DNA of 64,000 bases, taken from an uncultured Gammaproteobacteria bacterium (lineage in GTDB: Bacteria; Patescibacteriota; Microgenomatia; CAYQLK01). The notes below the pieces were generated by a model, which was given only the letters and a program-made list of their open reading frames with translations, did not search any database and was not told the origin of the DNA. This document shows, one piece after another, positions 49,824 through 59,961 of this stretch. Numbering within the stretch: the first letter of the stretch is position 1; each line of letters opens with the position of its first letter. The stretch is from positions 158,245-222,244 of the forward strand of contig CAYOLO010000001.1 in assembly GCA_964404855.1 (NCBI GenBank). The letters are read 5' to 3'. A program made the translations under genes and the position numbers.

Positions 49824-50132
49824 ATGCTTAAAAAACCTTTTGTTTATGCTTTTGGCGCTTCAGGTTATATAGTTCTGGTTGGGATTTTTATTAACTTTGT
49901 ATCACATACCCAGAATAATAAGCCCGATACTTTTCTTGCTCCGATTACATTTTTGTCATTACTTACTTTGTCTGTTGCAGTAATGGCGTTTTTCTTTTTT
50001 TACCAACCCCTTCAGTTTTTTATTGATGGGAAGAAAAAGCAGGCAACAAGTTTTTTTGTTCAAACTCTAGTTATTTTTGCAGGAATTACTGTTGCAATTT
50101 TGGTTTTACTTTTTTCAGGCTTAATTAGGTAA
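49824..50132 (+). CDS. Three-TM hypothetical protein
   Basis: Hydrophobic 102 aa ORF; -10 element 6 nt before ATG. Confidence 0.7.
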   Translation: MLKKPFVYAFGASGYIVLVGIFINFVSHTQNNKPDTFLAPITFLSLLTLSVAVMAFFFFYQPLQFFIDGKKKQATSFFVQTLVIFAGITVAILVLLFSGLIR

Positions 50133-50222
50133 TAAAAAATTATTAGTTTAGATAGTGTTGAGTTAATAATCTTAGATATTTAATTTATTTCTTAGCAATA
50201 AAGTCTTTGTATAATTGTAGAT

Positions 50223-50702
50223 ATGAGCAGAGTTTTTGGGTTAATAGTTTTGCTTGGAATGGTTTTTGTTATTGGTGCGTGTGACCCAGCACAGGAACCG
50301 CCACCTGTTTCACGTGTAATTGATGGGTCAACTAGTTCTGCGCAAATAGTAAATGAAAGTGGCGTTAATTTGACGGCAAATTTTGAAATAGAAGCGGGAG
50401 GAATAAAACGAAATTTTAGTCGAGGAATGTACATGAATTTGTCGAAAGATGTTTATATTGAGAGCCCAGAATCAAGTAATGTAGTACATGTGAGAAAAGA
50501 GGGGGTAACTTGGAATGATTTTTTTAAGACCTTGCCAATGAGTTTGACAAAAGATTGTTTGATTACTGGTACTAAAGAAGAGTTTTGCTCTAATGAGACA
50601 AAAAAATTAAAGTTTTTTGTAAATGATTTGGAAAACCCAGATGCTTTGGGTGAAGTTATTAAGCAAGATGATAAATTGAGAGTAGTATATGGAGAAGAGT
50701 AA
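50223..50702 (+). CDS. Hypothetical lipoprotein, related to 63280-63903
   Basis: Lipobox IGAC; VVHV...GVTW.DF...LKFFVND...I...D.L pattern shared with the last ORF. Confidence 0.65.
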   Translation: MSRVFGLIVLLGMVFVIGACDPAQEPPPVSRVIDGSTSSAQIVNESGVNLTANFEIEAGGIKRNFSRGMYMNLSKDVYIESPESSNVVHVRKEGVTWNDFFKTLPMSLTKDCLITGTKEEFCSNETKKLKFFVNDLENPDALGEVIKQDDKLRVVYGEE

Positions 50703-50705
50703 AAA

Positions 50706-51458
50706 ATGAAGTACTTAATTGCGGTTGCGTTGGTTTTAATATTAGGCTTGGGAGGGTTTTTTCTTTGGAAATCTTTAAGCTCTGGTTCAGATATTAATAA
50801 AACGAGCGAAAAAAGTTCTACTTCTGACACAAAAGAAGTGAAGTTTTTGAATCCTAAAAAAAGTGCGCATTATGAGTCAAATACTCCTGCACATGGCGAA
50901 ATACTAGCCGGAACACCAATAGAGGTTGTTATTAATTTTAATTTTGATTTGGCTAACCTGTCCGAAATTAAAATAATTAAAGATAACGCGGAATATGGAG
51001 AGGGTGAAACATCAATCGATAACAACAAACTTACTATGCGTAGAGCAGTGAAGAATGATTTAGCTGATGGGGTTTATACAGTGGAGTATAAGGCTTGCTG
51101 GCCAGATGGAAGTTGTCATGATGGTAGTTTTCAGTTTGCTATTGATAAGGATCTTTCTGGTCTTTTTGAAGATCAAACTACCAAGAATGAGGTCGTGGTT
51201 AAGTTGTCATCAATTCGGTTTATGCCTCAAAATTTGAAAATAAGTGCTGGTTCTACTGTAAAGTGGATAAATGATGAGATAGTTGAGCATTATGTGAATA
51301 CTGATTCGCATCCAGCACATACTTACTTTTTGTCTCAAAATTCTAAGCTATTAAAAAATGGTGACGAGTTCGAACAGGTCTTTAGTGAGCCCGGCATATA
51401 TCCATATCATTGTTCGGCTCATGCCCAGACAATGAAAGGGTCGATATTAGTTATTTAG
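50706..51458 (+). CDS. CopC-like plus cupredoxin (type 1 Cu) fusion
   Basis: AHYESNTPAHG..L, GVYTVEY, G.FQF; C-terminal H...YHCSAHAQTMKG. Confidence 0.8.
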   Translation: MKYLIAVALVLILGLGGFFLWKSLSSGSDINKTSEKSSTSDTKEVKFLNPKKSAHYESNTPAHGEILAGTPIEVVINFNFDLANLSEIKIIKDNAEYGEGETSIDNNKLTMRRAVKNDLADGVYTVEYKACWPDGSCHDGSFQFAIDKDLSGLFEDQTTKNEVVVKLSSIRFMPQNLKISAGSTVKWINDEIVEHYVNTDSHPAHTYFLSQNSKLLKNGDEFEQVFSEPGIYPYHCSAHAQTMKGSILVI

Positions 51459-51473
51459 ACCAAGGTAATTGAT

Positions 51474-51800
51474 ATGGTAGAAAAAGAAGAAATTTGGGAT
51501 AAGTCGGGAAAAATTTTGCCAAAAAAAATTAATAATTTGAATCCTTCCGATGACGAAGTTTGGGAAGGGGAAGAGGCGGGTGCAAAGTTTATATTGACTC
51601 GTGATATTATGCCTGTTAATCCAGCAATGAGGACAATATATTCCTTGTCGGTATCAGGTGATTTGGACGGGCAAATCAAAGTGGTTGGTGATTTTGTTGA
51701 TGCTTTTGGAAAACCTGTGTGGAGGGAGCAAGCGGTGGAGATAGAAGGAGGCGAAATTGTTGTTTGGAACGGCGATAAAGTTGATCAAAAAAGAAAATAG
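51474..51800 (+). CDS. Hypothetical protein
   Basis: 108 aa ORF with SD-like AAGG. Confidence 0.55.
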   Translation: MVEKEEIWDKSGKILPKKINNLNPSDDEVWEGEEAGAKFILTRDIMPVNPAMRTIYSLSVSGDLDGQIKVVGDFVDAFGKPVWREQAVEIEGGEIVVWNGDKVDQKRK

Positions 51801-51877
51801 TTTGCTTTTATTTCCATAATTTTCGATGTAGTATTGAGGTGTTAAGGAAACTTAAACGATTGGGGGTGAATGAATAG

Positions 51878-52081
51878 ATGAAAATGTTACATATGGTTGC
51901 ATTTGTACTTACAATAGTAGGAGCGGTTAACTGGGGTTTGGTGGGATTATTGGAATTCAATCTTGTTACAGCAGTTGTGGGCTCAATATCTGGTGCAGAA
52001 AAAATTATATATATTCTTGTTGGAGCTTCAGCAGTATATTTGTTGGTTACCCACAAGAAATATTGTACAGTTTGTAAGTAG
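51878..52081 (+). CDS. DUF378 family membrane protein
   Basis: LTIVGAVNWGLVG, IIYILVGASA; SD GGGGGTGA. Confidence 0.88.
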   Translation: MKMLHMVAFVLTIVGAVNWGLVGLLEFNLVTAVVGSISGAEKIIYILVGASAVYLLVTHKKYCTVCK

Positions 52082-52143
52082 GGACAAGACAGGTTTTTAA
52101 GGTTAATTAATTGTTAGACACTTAGTTGTGTTATGTTTTTTGT

Positions 52144-52671
52144 TTAATTTCCGCCGTTAATACCAAAAAGAATAGTGGATAAGTCAATATTGGCAAAATG
52201 CAGGTACCATTCATTCCAAAGTTTGTATGCAATTACAATAATCCAGATTATTTTCCAGTGTTTGAGGTATGTGGAGTATGCTTTTTTTTCGGATTTTTGT
52301 TTGAAAATTATTAATACATAAATAAGAAGTAGGGGCTCAAGGAGGTTTTGAAAATAAAAGAAAAATATTTCGTTTCTGGTTATAAAAAATAGTATTTGTC
52401 CAACTAGTCTGTAAACAAATAATACTAATACAGTTTTTTTGATTTGCCATCGCCATGCCAAAATTAGCATGAATATGTACGAGATTAGATCGGCTGATTT
52501 GTCGATGGTTTGATATAAATTGTCTGATAGTCCTAAGCTTTGTAGAAGGTCCCCGTCGATGATATCGAGTAAGTAATTACCCCATAAACCAAAGAGTGGA
52601 AAAACGAGCATAGATGCAGGAATAGCGAGTTTGAGAAAGATAATAAATATTTGGATTGGTGTAAAAATCAT
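52144..52671 (-). CDS. Polytopic membrane hypothetical protein
   Basis: LDIIDGD, YQTIDK..D; several TM helices. Confidence 0.7.
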   Translation of the reverse strand: MIFTPIQIFIIFLKLAIPASMLVFPLFGLWGNYLLDIIDGDLLQSLGLSDNLYQTIDKSADLISYIFMLILAWRWQIKKTVLVLFVYRLVGQILFFITRNEIFFFYFQNLLEPLLLIYVLIIFKQKSEKKAYSTYLKHWKIIWIIVIAYKLWNEWYLHFANIDLSTILFGINGGN

Positions 52672-52679
52672 AGCTCTTT

Positions 52680-53711
52680 TTATTCAAAGGCCAGGTCTCG
52701 AATAGTGTTGTCGGATGATTGAGGGTCATTTGAGGCATAAATGGTTTTGATTCTTTCATAAACAATTTCGGAAATTTTACTTATTTGTTCCGACTGCTCA
52801 TTAAAGTCGTTACCTTTTGTCATAACGCAGAGAGAATAGGGATGGTTAGGAAAATAAATAATGCCACAGTCGTGGAGTTGTTTGAGGTTAGATCTTGAAC
52901 TTGTTCTTTCTCCAAACTTGTGGGCAACCCTGATGTCGTTTGGGATTGGTTTTCTGAGAGCTAATTTGAAATCGGATTTGGTAAGAATTCCTAAGGCTTT
53001 AGAACTAAGTTCGTCATTGAGATAGGTTGAGTTATAGAGAATTCGAAAAAAGGATGAGTAGGCACGTACGGTCATAAATTCCGCATCTGGGTTGTTTTCG
53101 GGCACATTGATACCAAGGTCAATATATGTTTGATTGGATATTGCCGGATCAAGATGTTGTTTGAGAAGGTAAGTTGCCTCATTATCGGAGTGAATAATCA
53201 TATATTCAATTAATTGTTCAATCGTATATTCATTGCCGATTTGTATATATTCTCTTGCAGTATAGAATTCGTGCTGGTTGAGGTTCATTGATTCGGTGTA
53301 AGCAAGTTTTGTATTGAGAAAGTTGGGATCCTTTTCTGCCTGTTTGAAATACGCCATCATCAGAGGGACTTTGAATAAACTTGCAGGTGAGAATGTAAGA
53401 TCTGAGTGAATGCCAAAAGATGTGCCGCCGTAGTTTAACTCTCTAAAGAAAATTCCGACTGGGGTGTGATCTGTGTGTTCATCATTCTTTGAGAGTAGGG
53501 CTTTTAAGTCTTGCTCAAGTAGTCCGATTTTTGGATCTGGTTTTTCTATTTCGAGATCAAAACCGTGGATTGGATTAATTAACTCTGAATCAATTATTTC
53601 TAGGGAAGTTTGAGGGGTATTGATTTGATTGGTTTTGGGCAAGAATTGACTGCCAACGAAAAGACCTATACCTGTGCAGGTAATTGCTAAAGCTATGCAG
53701 AAAATTTTCAT
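52680..53711 (-). CDS. Class A beta-lactamase-like serine hydrolase
   Basis: PASLFK (SxxK), SDN, HKFG, HDCGII. Confidence 0.88.
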   Translation of the reverse strand: MKIFCIALAITCTGIGLFVGSQFLPKTNQINTPQTSLEIIDSELINPIHGFDLEIEKPDPKIGLLEQDLKALLSKNDEHTDHTPVGIFFRELNYGGTSFGIHSDLTFSPASLFKVPLMMAYFKQAEKDPNFLNTKLAYTESMNLNQHEFYTAREYIQIGNEYTIEQLIEYMIIHSDNEATYLLKQHLDPAISNQTYIDLGINVPENNPDAEFMTVRAYSSFFRILYNSTYLNDELSSKALGILTKSDFKLALRKPIPNDIRVAHKFGERTSSRSNLKQLHDCGIIYFPNHPYSLCVMTKGNDFNEQSEQISKISEIVYERIKTIYASNDPQSSDNTIRDLAFE

Positions 53712-53760
53712 TCTTTGTTTATGGTTGAGATTATACCTTTAAATTGGTAACAATTTTTAT

Positions 53761-55227
53761 TTAAATTTCAGATATTTGACCTACGAGTTCTGGCGACCAG
53801 TGGCGGACTAATCCTTCAGGCATAATTACCGCCTTATCTGGTTTTAATTCGGTAATAAATTCTTCGGTGTGGCTGACGATGAGCATTGATCCTTTGTAAG
53901 CTTTAATGGCTTCGAGAATGACTTTTTGTGAAACAACATCGAGATAAGTTGTTGGTTCATCCAGAATTAGTAGATTGTTGTTACTTAGCATAATTAAAGC
54001 GATTGATAATCTGGTTTTTTCTCCTCCAGATAGAGTGGATATTTTTTGGTGAATTTTGTTGCCTGTAAACATAAATTTGGCTAAAAATGGACGGACAAAC
54101 AACTCTGATTGCCCGCTAATTTCTGATGCAGTCTGAGATAAGGTTTTGGAAAAATCAAAAGTTTCGAATTCTTGAGAATAGTAGCCGATTTGCAGATTCT
54201 CATCTTTTGTAATAATCCCTGAGTCGGGCTCAGTGATACCAGTAAGGATTTTGATAATTGTGCTTTTGCCTGCACCGTTTGGACCTATTAAAGCTATTCG
54301 TTCACCTCTTATTATTGACAGAGAAAAATCTGAAAGAATTGCTTTGTCGTTATATGATTTAAAAATATTTTTGATGCTAATAGGGATTTCTCCAACTTTG
54401 GAAGGAGTGGGTAGGTTGATTTTTATTTTTTGTACTTCTTTTGGTAGTTCTGGCAAGGCATCTTCAAGGCGTTCAATACGCTTGGCTAGAATGCTTTTTT
54501 TGCGTGAGTATTGATCATAGAGTGTAAGGCTTTTTTTGAGTTTTTTGATGTGTTTTTGTTCAGCTTCTACACTTCTTTTTAAGAGTTCCTCATTTTGTTG
54601 TTTGGTTAGTAAGTATTTTGAGTAGTTACCTTTGTACTCCTCAATTATTTTGAATTGGGAGTTAATAAAGATTATTTTGTCGATGTATTTGTCCAATAAT
54701 TCCAAGTCGTGAGAAATCATAAGCAGGGTTTTGGGATAGTTAGCTAGGAAATTCATTACCCATTTTTTGCCTTTTTGATCCAAAAAGTTTGTTGGCTCAT
54801 CAAGAAGTAGTGTGTCAGGTTTGGCTAGTAGGGCTTTTGCTAATGCAAGTTTAGTTTTTTGACCACCTGATAAGTTTTGTGGAGATTGGTCAAGTTTTAA
54901 GTTTTCTAGTTCGAGCCCAAAAAGGATTTTTGAAAGTTCATGATCTGGATGAGCGTTCGTTGGGTCGATATAGTTTCTGATTGTTCGACTTGTTTCTAAT
55001 TGAATATCGGTTTTGACCTCTTGGGGCACATAACCGAGTGTGCCAGAGATAATCAGTTTGCCTTCGGTTGGTTCGATTTCGCCAATAATGGCCTTAAAAA
55101 GTGTTGATTTGCCACTACCGTTAGGCCCGACTACGCCAGCCTTAATATTATTGCCAACAAAGAAGTTAACATTTTCATAAAGATTACCAAATTGATGTCC
55201 TAGAGTTAGATTTTCAGCTTTGATCAT
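53761..55227 (-). CDS. ABC-F family ATPase
   Basis: Two NBDs (GPNGSGKS, GPNGAGKS, LSGG, LDEPT), no TM helices. Confidence 0.92.
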   Translation of the reverse strand: MIKAENLTLGHQFGNLYENVNFFVGNNIKAGVVGPNGSGKSTLFKAIIGEIEPTEGKLIISGTLGYVPQEVKTDIQLETSRTIRNYIDPTNAHPDHELSKILFGLELENLKLDQSPQNLSGGQKTKLALAKALLAKPDTLLLDEPTNFLDQKGKKWVMNFLANYPKTLLMISHDLELLDKYIDKIIFINSQFKIIEEYKGNYSKYLLTKQQNEELLKRSVEAEQKHIKKLKKSLTLYDQYSRKKSILAKRIERLEDALPELPKEVQKIKINLPTPSKVGEIPISIKNIFKSYNDKAILSDFSLSIIRGERIALIGPNGAGKSTIIKILTGITEPDSGIITKDENLQIGYYSQEFETFDFSKTLSQTASEISGQSELFVRPFLAKFMFTGNKIHQKISTLSGGEKTRLSIALIMLSNNNLLILDEPTTYLDVVSQKVILEAIKAYKGSMLIVSHTEEFITELKPDKAVIMPEGLVRHWSPELVGQISEI

Positions 55228-55368
55228 AGGTTAGTGTGCGGCTATTATCTATCTGTTTAATCTAAAACACAAAAATTTGAAGGACAAGTCTTTATGTTTT
55301 TGTTGTTGATTAAACTTGTAAGGAAAATCAAATGGAATTATAGTTAAGTATGAATTATATGAAGGGAG

Positions 55369-55761
55369 GTGAGTGTGTTGAATCCTAAACAATTTTTGAT
55401 GCTCGGAGGAGTTGTGCTTGTTTTATTAGGTGTGGCTGGAATGTTTGTTTTGGGCCCATCAGTAGAGTCAAGTATGCTTGGCGAGAAATTTTTTCTGACT
55501 GAGGGTGAGAATATTGCTCACTTGGTTTTGGGAGCTGTTGCTCTTGGGGCGTATTTTACAATCAAGAGTGCAAAACTACTTAGATTATTGACTGCTGTTG
55601 TTGGGGTAGTTGCAGTAATTGCGGTAATTTGGGGGCTAGTTAGTATGGGTAAACCTAATCCAAATATTGGTGTAGCTAATCTTGAAAATCCTGCTGACAA
55701 TATCCTGCATGCATTGGTTGCAGTCTGGGCATTTGTAACAGTGTTTAAAAAATCTGCATAA
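55369..55761 (+). CDS. DUF4383-like membrane protein
   Basis: Four TM helices, NIAHLVLG, ADNILH. Confidence 0.7.
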   Translation: MSVLNPKQFLMLGGVVLVLLGVAGMFVLGPSVESSMLGEKFFLTEGENIAHLVLGAVALGAYFTIKSAKLLRLLTAVVGVVAVIAVIWGLVSMGKPNPNIGVANLENPADNILHALVAVWAFVTVFKKSA

Positions 55762-55850
55762 AACAGAAATGGTTTTTTGGATTTTAGAAACTTTTGTGCG
55801 GGTGACCGTAAATGTTTTGGTGGAATTTTTAGTATTGCTAAAATAGACTG

Positions 55851-56912
55851 ATGAAGAAAATTTTGGTTGTGTTTGCGGTTTTTTTGTTTGTGATTGGAAT
55901 ACTGTTATCTAAATACCAAAAAAACCAGATTACTGATTGGGGGAATACAGAGGAATTTTTGATTAAAAATCACAGCGAATGCGAATCAACAAAACAGAGG
56001 CGTGACTATATTAATTGTATGGTTGCAAAAAGTAAGGATTTTGTGGGGGTGCGGGGAGTTGGCGAGTTGGTAAGTGCCGCACAAAGGATAAGTAATGGCA
56101 AGAAGGTTGATCTTGTCGGCAGTATTAATTGTCACGATATGATGCATTCATTGGGAAAAGCTGCGGGGTTGTACATGAAATCATTTGACGAGGCGATAAC
56201 AGAATGTTTGCCATTTTGTGGAGGTGGCTGTTTCCATGGAGTTTTGGAGGGGAAATATTCGTCGAACCCCGACATGAAGAAGTTTGTGTCGGAAGCTTGT
56301 TTGTTTACAAAAGATATTAAAAAATCAGAAGCGCATTGTTATCATGGGCTTGGTCATGCCGTTGCGGTACAGCTAGGCGACATCGATGATGCTTTTAAGT
56401 ATTGTGATTATGTAATTGAGGAGGGAAGACTTTGGTGTGGGTCGGGGGCGTTTATGGAATTGTATTCTGGAGATGGGTTTGATTTAGGAAAAATACCAGA
56501 GAATGTTCCAGAGTGGTGTAGAGCTTTCGAAGGTGTTTATGCTGAGGTTTGTTGGTTGTCTGCGGGATATTTTCGAACTGGAAATGGTTATTTAAAATCA
56601 ATTGGGATTAATACAGCCTCGCCTGAAAATGAGGCTATTTATAATTGTAATAGTGCACCAACAGATGATCTTAAATCTGGTTGTATATATACATTTGGAG
56701 ACAATATTTACAATATTGCAAAAGAAGATCATAAAAAAATAAATGAGATATGTATGCGATTTGATAGTGGCCTAGTTGGCTGGTGTTTAAAAGGAGCGGC
56801 GCACAGTGCAAAAAGAAATCATCCGAGCGAAAATCTACATGTAGAGTTGTGTGAAACAAATGATGACCTGCGAATACAAAATGAATGTAAGAGCGAATTT
56901 TTGACTAATTAA
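55851..56912 (+). CDS. Exported Cys/His-rich repeat protein, paralog 1
   Basis: CHDMMHSLG, CGGGCFHGVLE, CYHGLGH, CGSGAFMEL. Confidence 0.8.
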   Translation: MKKILVVFAVFLFVIGILLSKYQKNQITDWGNTEEFLIKNHSECESTKQRRDYINCMVAKSKDFVGVRGVGELVSAAQRISNGKKVDLVGSINCHDMMHSLGKAAGLYMKSFDEAITECLPFCGGGCFHGVLEGKYSSNPDMKKFVSEACLFTKDIKKSEAHCYHGLGHAVAVQLGDIDDAFKYCDYVIEEGRLWCGSGAFMELYSGDGFDLGKIPENVPEWCRAFEGVYAEVCWLSAGYFRTGNGYLKSIGINTASPENEAIYNCNSAPTDDLKSGCIYTFGDNIYNIAKEDHKKINEICMRFDSGLVGWCLKGAAHSAKRNHPSENLHVELCETNDDLRIQNECKSEFLTN

Positions 56913-56915
56913 ATA

Positions 56916-58064
56916 GTGAGACATAAATTGTTTATTTTATCTTTGGTGTTTTTTTGTTTTGGGTTATTGCTAGCGCAATTTGGAATAGTTTTTGATCGTG
57001 CACAAGTCAATCGGGATGATGCAATTACTTCTGTGTCTGAGTCGCAAAATAAATGTTTAAAAACTGGTGAGAGATACAAATATTTGTCTTGTATGACGGA
57101 ATACTTGCGGCCTATTGTTAGAAAATATGGAGTAAAGACGGTAATTGCAGATGTAAAAAAATCGCTTTTATTTAACGATGGTAAGGTTTGGTTTGGTGAG
57201 GGTGGGGACGAGAGGCGAACATGCCATGAGCTGATGCATGCAATAGGCAGGAGTGCGGGGAAATATTCAAATGATGTTAAAAAAGAAATATTAGAATGCG
57301 ATCCAGTTTGTGGAGTAGGTTGTTATCACGGAATTATGGAAAGCATGTTGGATAGAACAGGATCGAATTTTATTTCTGTGGTGAAAGGGTTTTGTAGTGG
57401 GTCGTTTGGAAATAATAACCCAGAAAGCAAAGCTTGTTTTCATGGCTTGGGACATTCAATAGCTAATTATAGATTTAATGAGATCGAGGCTTTGAAGGTT
57501 TGCGATATGGTTGACCCATCTGGTCAGTCTGATTGTGCTAAGGGAGTGTTTATGGAGCTTTACCATGTGACTGGTTTACATAGTCCATTAGAAATTCCTT
57601 TAGATAAAGAAGCTTGGTGTAGTAGTCAAAGTAAAAAATATCAGGATGTTTGTTGGCAACTTGCTGGAGGGTTTTATGGTGCGGTAAGAAAAAATGATGT
57701 GTTGGCGAGTAAGGGTATTGTAATAGATAGCTACGAAGATGAGGCAATTTATTACTGTTCTATTGCTCCGGAAGTAGGGTTAAAGGCTCAGTGTTATGAG
57801 CTGATGGGGCTTAATTTGTATAACCTTATAAAAAATCATTTTGATAGTACAGGTCATAATTGGGATGAATTGTCGAGAGTTTGTCATCAAGCGATTGGGT
57901 TTGTTGATGATTGTATTCGCGGTTCGATTACAGGTATGTTTGAGTCCGATCCGGCTGGTAAGGAAGGGGAAAAGATTTGTGGATTACTAGATATATCTAA
58001 GGAGTACGATATTTGTGTGACTAGTGTGGTTGAAAGGAGGCAGAGGTTTGAAAAAAATATTTAA
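56916..58064 (+). CDS. Exported Cys/His-rich repeat protein, paralog 2
   Basis: CHELMHAIG, CGVGCYHGIME, CFHGLGH, CAKGVFMEL. Confidence 0.8.
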   Translation: MRHKLFILSLVFFCFGLLLAQFGIVFDRAQVNRDDAITSVSESQNKCLKTGERYKYLSCMTEYLRPIVRKYGVKTVIADVKKSLLFNDGKVWFGEGGDERRTCHELMHAIGRSAGKYSNDVKKEILECDPVCGVGCYHGIMESMLDRTGSNFISVVKGFCSGSFGNNNPESKACFHGLGHSIANYRFNEIEALKVCDMVDPSGQSDCAKGVFMELYHVTGLHSPLEIPLDKEAWCSSQSKKYQDVCWQLAGGFYGAVRKNDVLASKGIVIDSYEDEAIYYCSIAPEVGLKAQCYELMGLNLYNLIKNHFDSTGHNWDELSRVCHQAIGFVDDCIRGSITGMFESDPAGKEGEKICGLLDISKEYDICVTSVVERRQRFEKNI

Positions 58065-58077
58065 TTTAAAGAAAAAT

Positions 58078-59142
58078 ATGCGATTTTTTTTCATATTTGG
58101 ATTTGTGATTATTTTTGTGGTGGGAGTATTGGTTTCGAATATTTTTCTCGCTGATCAGAAGATTTCCGCATATGACGGCTTATCTCAATCTCATACGAAA
58201 TGTTTTGAATTTAGACCGAGATCAAAATATTTGGAATGTATGAGAGTTACTTTGGAAAAAACCATAAGACAAAATTCAGCAGTCGATATGGTTTTGGCTG
58301 GAGGCAAGATAGACAAAGTAAGAAATGTTAGTTTTGACAGGGAAATAAATTGTCATGTCATGATGCATAGTGTCGGAAGGGCATTATCTGAATATAAAAA
58401 AGATTTTGGTGAAGTTGTCTCTTCTTGCCAGCCTTTGTGTGGTGCAGGATGTTATCACGGTATTATGGAGGGGAAATATAAGGTGCAGCAAGATATTGCT
58501 GACACGATGAATACAGCATGTGAGGGGTTGTTTCAAAAGGGAGATTTATTGGCAAATAATTGTTTCCATGGTTTGGGTCATGCGATTGCAATTAAAAACT
58601 GGGATTTGGATAAAAGTTTAAAGGATTGTGAGATTGTGAGTGTTAACGGTCGAAAAGAATGCGGGGCGGGGGTTTTTATGGAATTATTTTCTAGATCTGA
58701 AGCTCAATTGATGCCACTGCCTGCCGATGTGCCAGGTTGGTGTAATGGTTTTGAAAAAATTTATAGTGAGTCTTGTTGGATATTTGCGGCAAATATTAGA
58801 GGTGAAAAAAACATGTTTTTAGAGTCATTGGGGATAGACACTTCAATACCAGAAAATGAGCCGATTTATAATTGTTCTAAATCACCGGAGGATTTTAAAA
58901 AAGAGTGTTTTAAGATGTTGGGTTACACATTGTATGACGCAAAAAATAAAGTTGGCAAAGAAATAGTTAAAGTTTGTGAGAGTTTGGGTGGAGTAAGTAG
59001 TGAAATGTGTATTTCTGGTGTGGTTGAGAGAGATCTTGAGGAGATAAAATTTCAAGCTGGAATTGGAGCGTGTGATTATATTTATGGAAACAAATTAAGA
59101 GAATTTTGCGTTGATAAGTATAAAAATCCTGTTATTAATTAA
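58078..59142 (+). CDS. Exported Cys/His-rich repeat protein, paralog 3
   Basis: CHVMMHSVG, CGAGCYHGIME, CFHGLGH, CGAGVFMEL. Confidence 0.8.
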   Translation: MRFFFIFGFVIIFVVGVLVSNIFLADQKISAYDGLSQSHTKCFEFRPRSKYLECMRVTLEKTIRQNSAVDMVLAGGKIDKVRNVSFDREINCHVMMHSVGRALSEYKKDFGEVVSSCQPLCGAGCYHGIMEGKYKVQQDIADTMNTACEGLFQKGDLLANNCFHGLGHAIAIKNWDLDKSLKDCEIVSVNGRKECGAGVFMELFSRSEAQLMPLPADVPGWCNGFEKIYSESCWIFAANIRGEKNMFLESLGIDTSIPENEPIYNCSKSPEDFKKECFKMLGYTLYDAKNKVGKEIVKVCESLGGVSSEMCISGVVERDLEEIKFQAGIGACDYIYGNKLREFCVDKYKNPVIN

Positions 59143-59175
59143 AAAAACTCCCCTTAGTAAAAAGGGGAGTTTTTG
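59143..59175. terminator. Bidirectional terminator
   Basis: AAAAACTCCCCTT-loop-AAGGGGAGTTTTT between convergent genes. Confidence 0.8.
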
Positions 59176-59193
59176 GTTTTTTTTAAAAAAGAG

Positions 59194-59859
59194 TTACTTC
59201 TTTTTAAGTCCTAATGCTACAGCGGTAAATGAAGCAATTAATGCAATTCCTGCCATAAGCTGACTGACGTTGTCAGAACTTGAACTCTGAGGTAGTGCAA
59301 CAGTGCTGGTGGTTCCAGTCAAATCGTTAACGATTTTGGTTTCTGAATATGGGCCAACAGCATGTTCTTCCTCTTTGTGTTCGCCGCTAGAGCCTTTTTT
59401 TGCTTCTTCGGCTTTTTTTAGCTCCTCTGGGCTTTGGTCCCAAGCAACAATAACTCCATTGGAGTATGTTTGATAGGCTTTCCACTGAACAGATGTTTCT
59501 TCAGCAGGGGACTTGGCGCTAAAAGAAAATTCGTCGCGTTGTCCAACTGGAATTGAGCCGCCTGACCAAATGATTTCGGAAACTTTTTCTGTGTCACCAA
59601 CCTTTACGGTTTTGGTCGAAACCGTCCAGCCTGGTTTAACATTTGGCATAACTGACACCATCTTTTCGGGGATTACTATTCTTAAACCTGTAGTTGGGAT
59701 GTCTTTTTCATTAGGTACACCAGCTGTGAAGGTTTGGTACGCAGCCACTCCAACCTGTGCAGGTTTAACTGTGACGTGCGCTAGTGTGTATGGCGAAAGA
59801 GCGCTTGTAATTGCAGCCATGGTCAAAACCAAGGCTGAGGTGGTAATAGTTTTTTTCAT
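59194..59859 (-). CDS. ycnI: YcnI/DUF1775 copper-binding protein
   Basis: AHVTVKP, VPNE, KPGW, WKAYQTYSNG..V.W; C-terminal TM anchor. Confidence 0.88.
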   Translation of the reverse strand: MKKTITTSALVLTMAAITSALSPYTLAHVTVKPAQVGVAAYQTFTAGVPNEKDIPTTGLRIVIPEKMVSVMPNVKPGWTVSTKTVKVGDTEKVSEIIWSGGSIPVGQRDEFSFSAKSPAEETSVQWKAYQTYSNGVIVAWDQSPEELKKAEEAKKGSSGEHKEEEHAVGPYSETKIVNDLTGTTSTVALPQSSSSDNVSQLMAGIALIASFTAVALGLKKK

Positions 59860-59961
59860 TTTTTAATATTTACTTATAGTTTGACTAATTAATGCTTTAA
59901 AAAAGCTTAAGAATTAAGACTTTAGTTAACAACTAAAGATTTTTTTTGTTGGGATGAGTTT

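Noticed and set aside
55851-59142. Multiheme cytochrome c
   Set aside because: No CxxCH motifs
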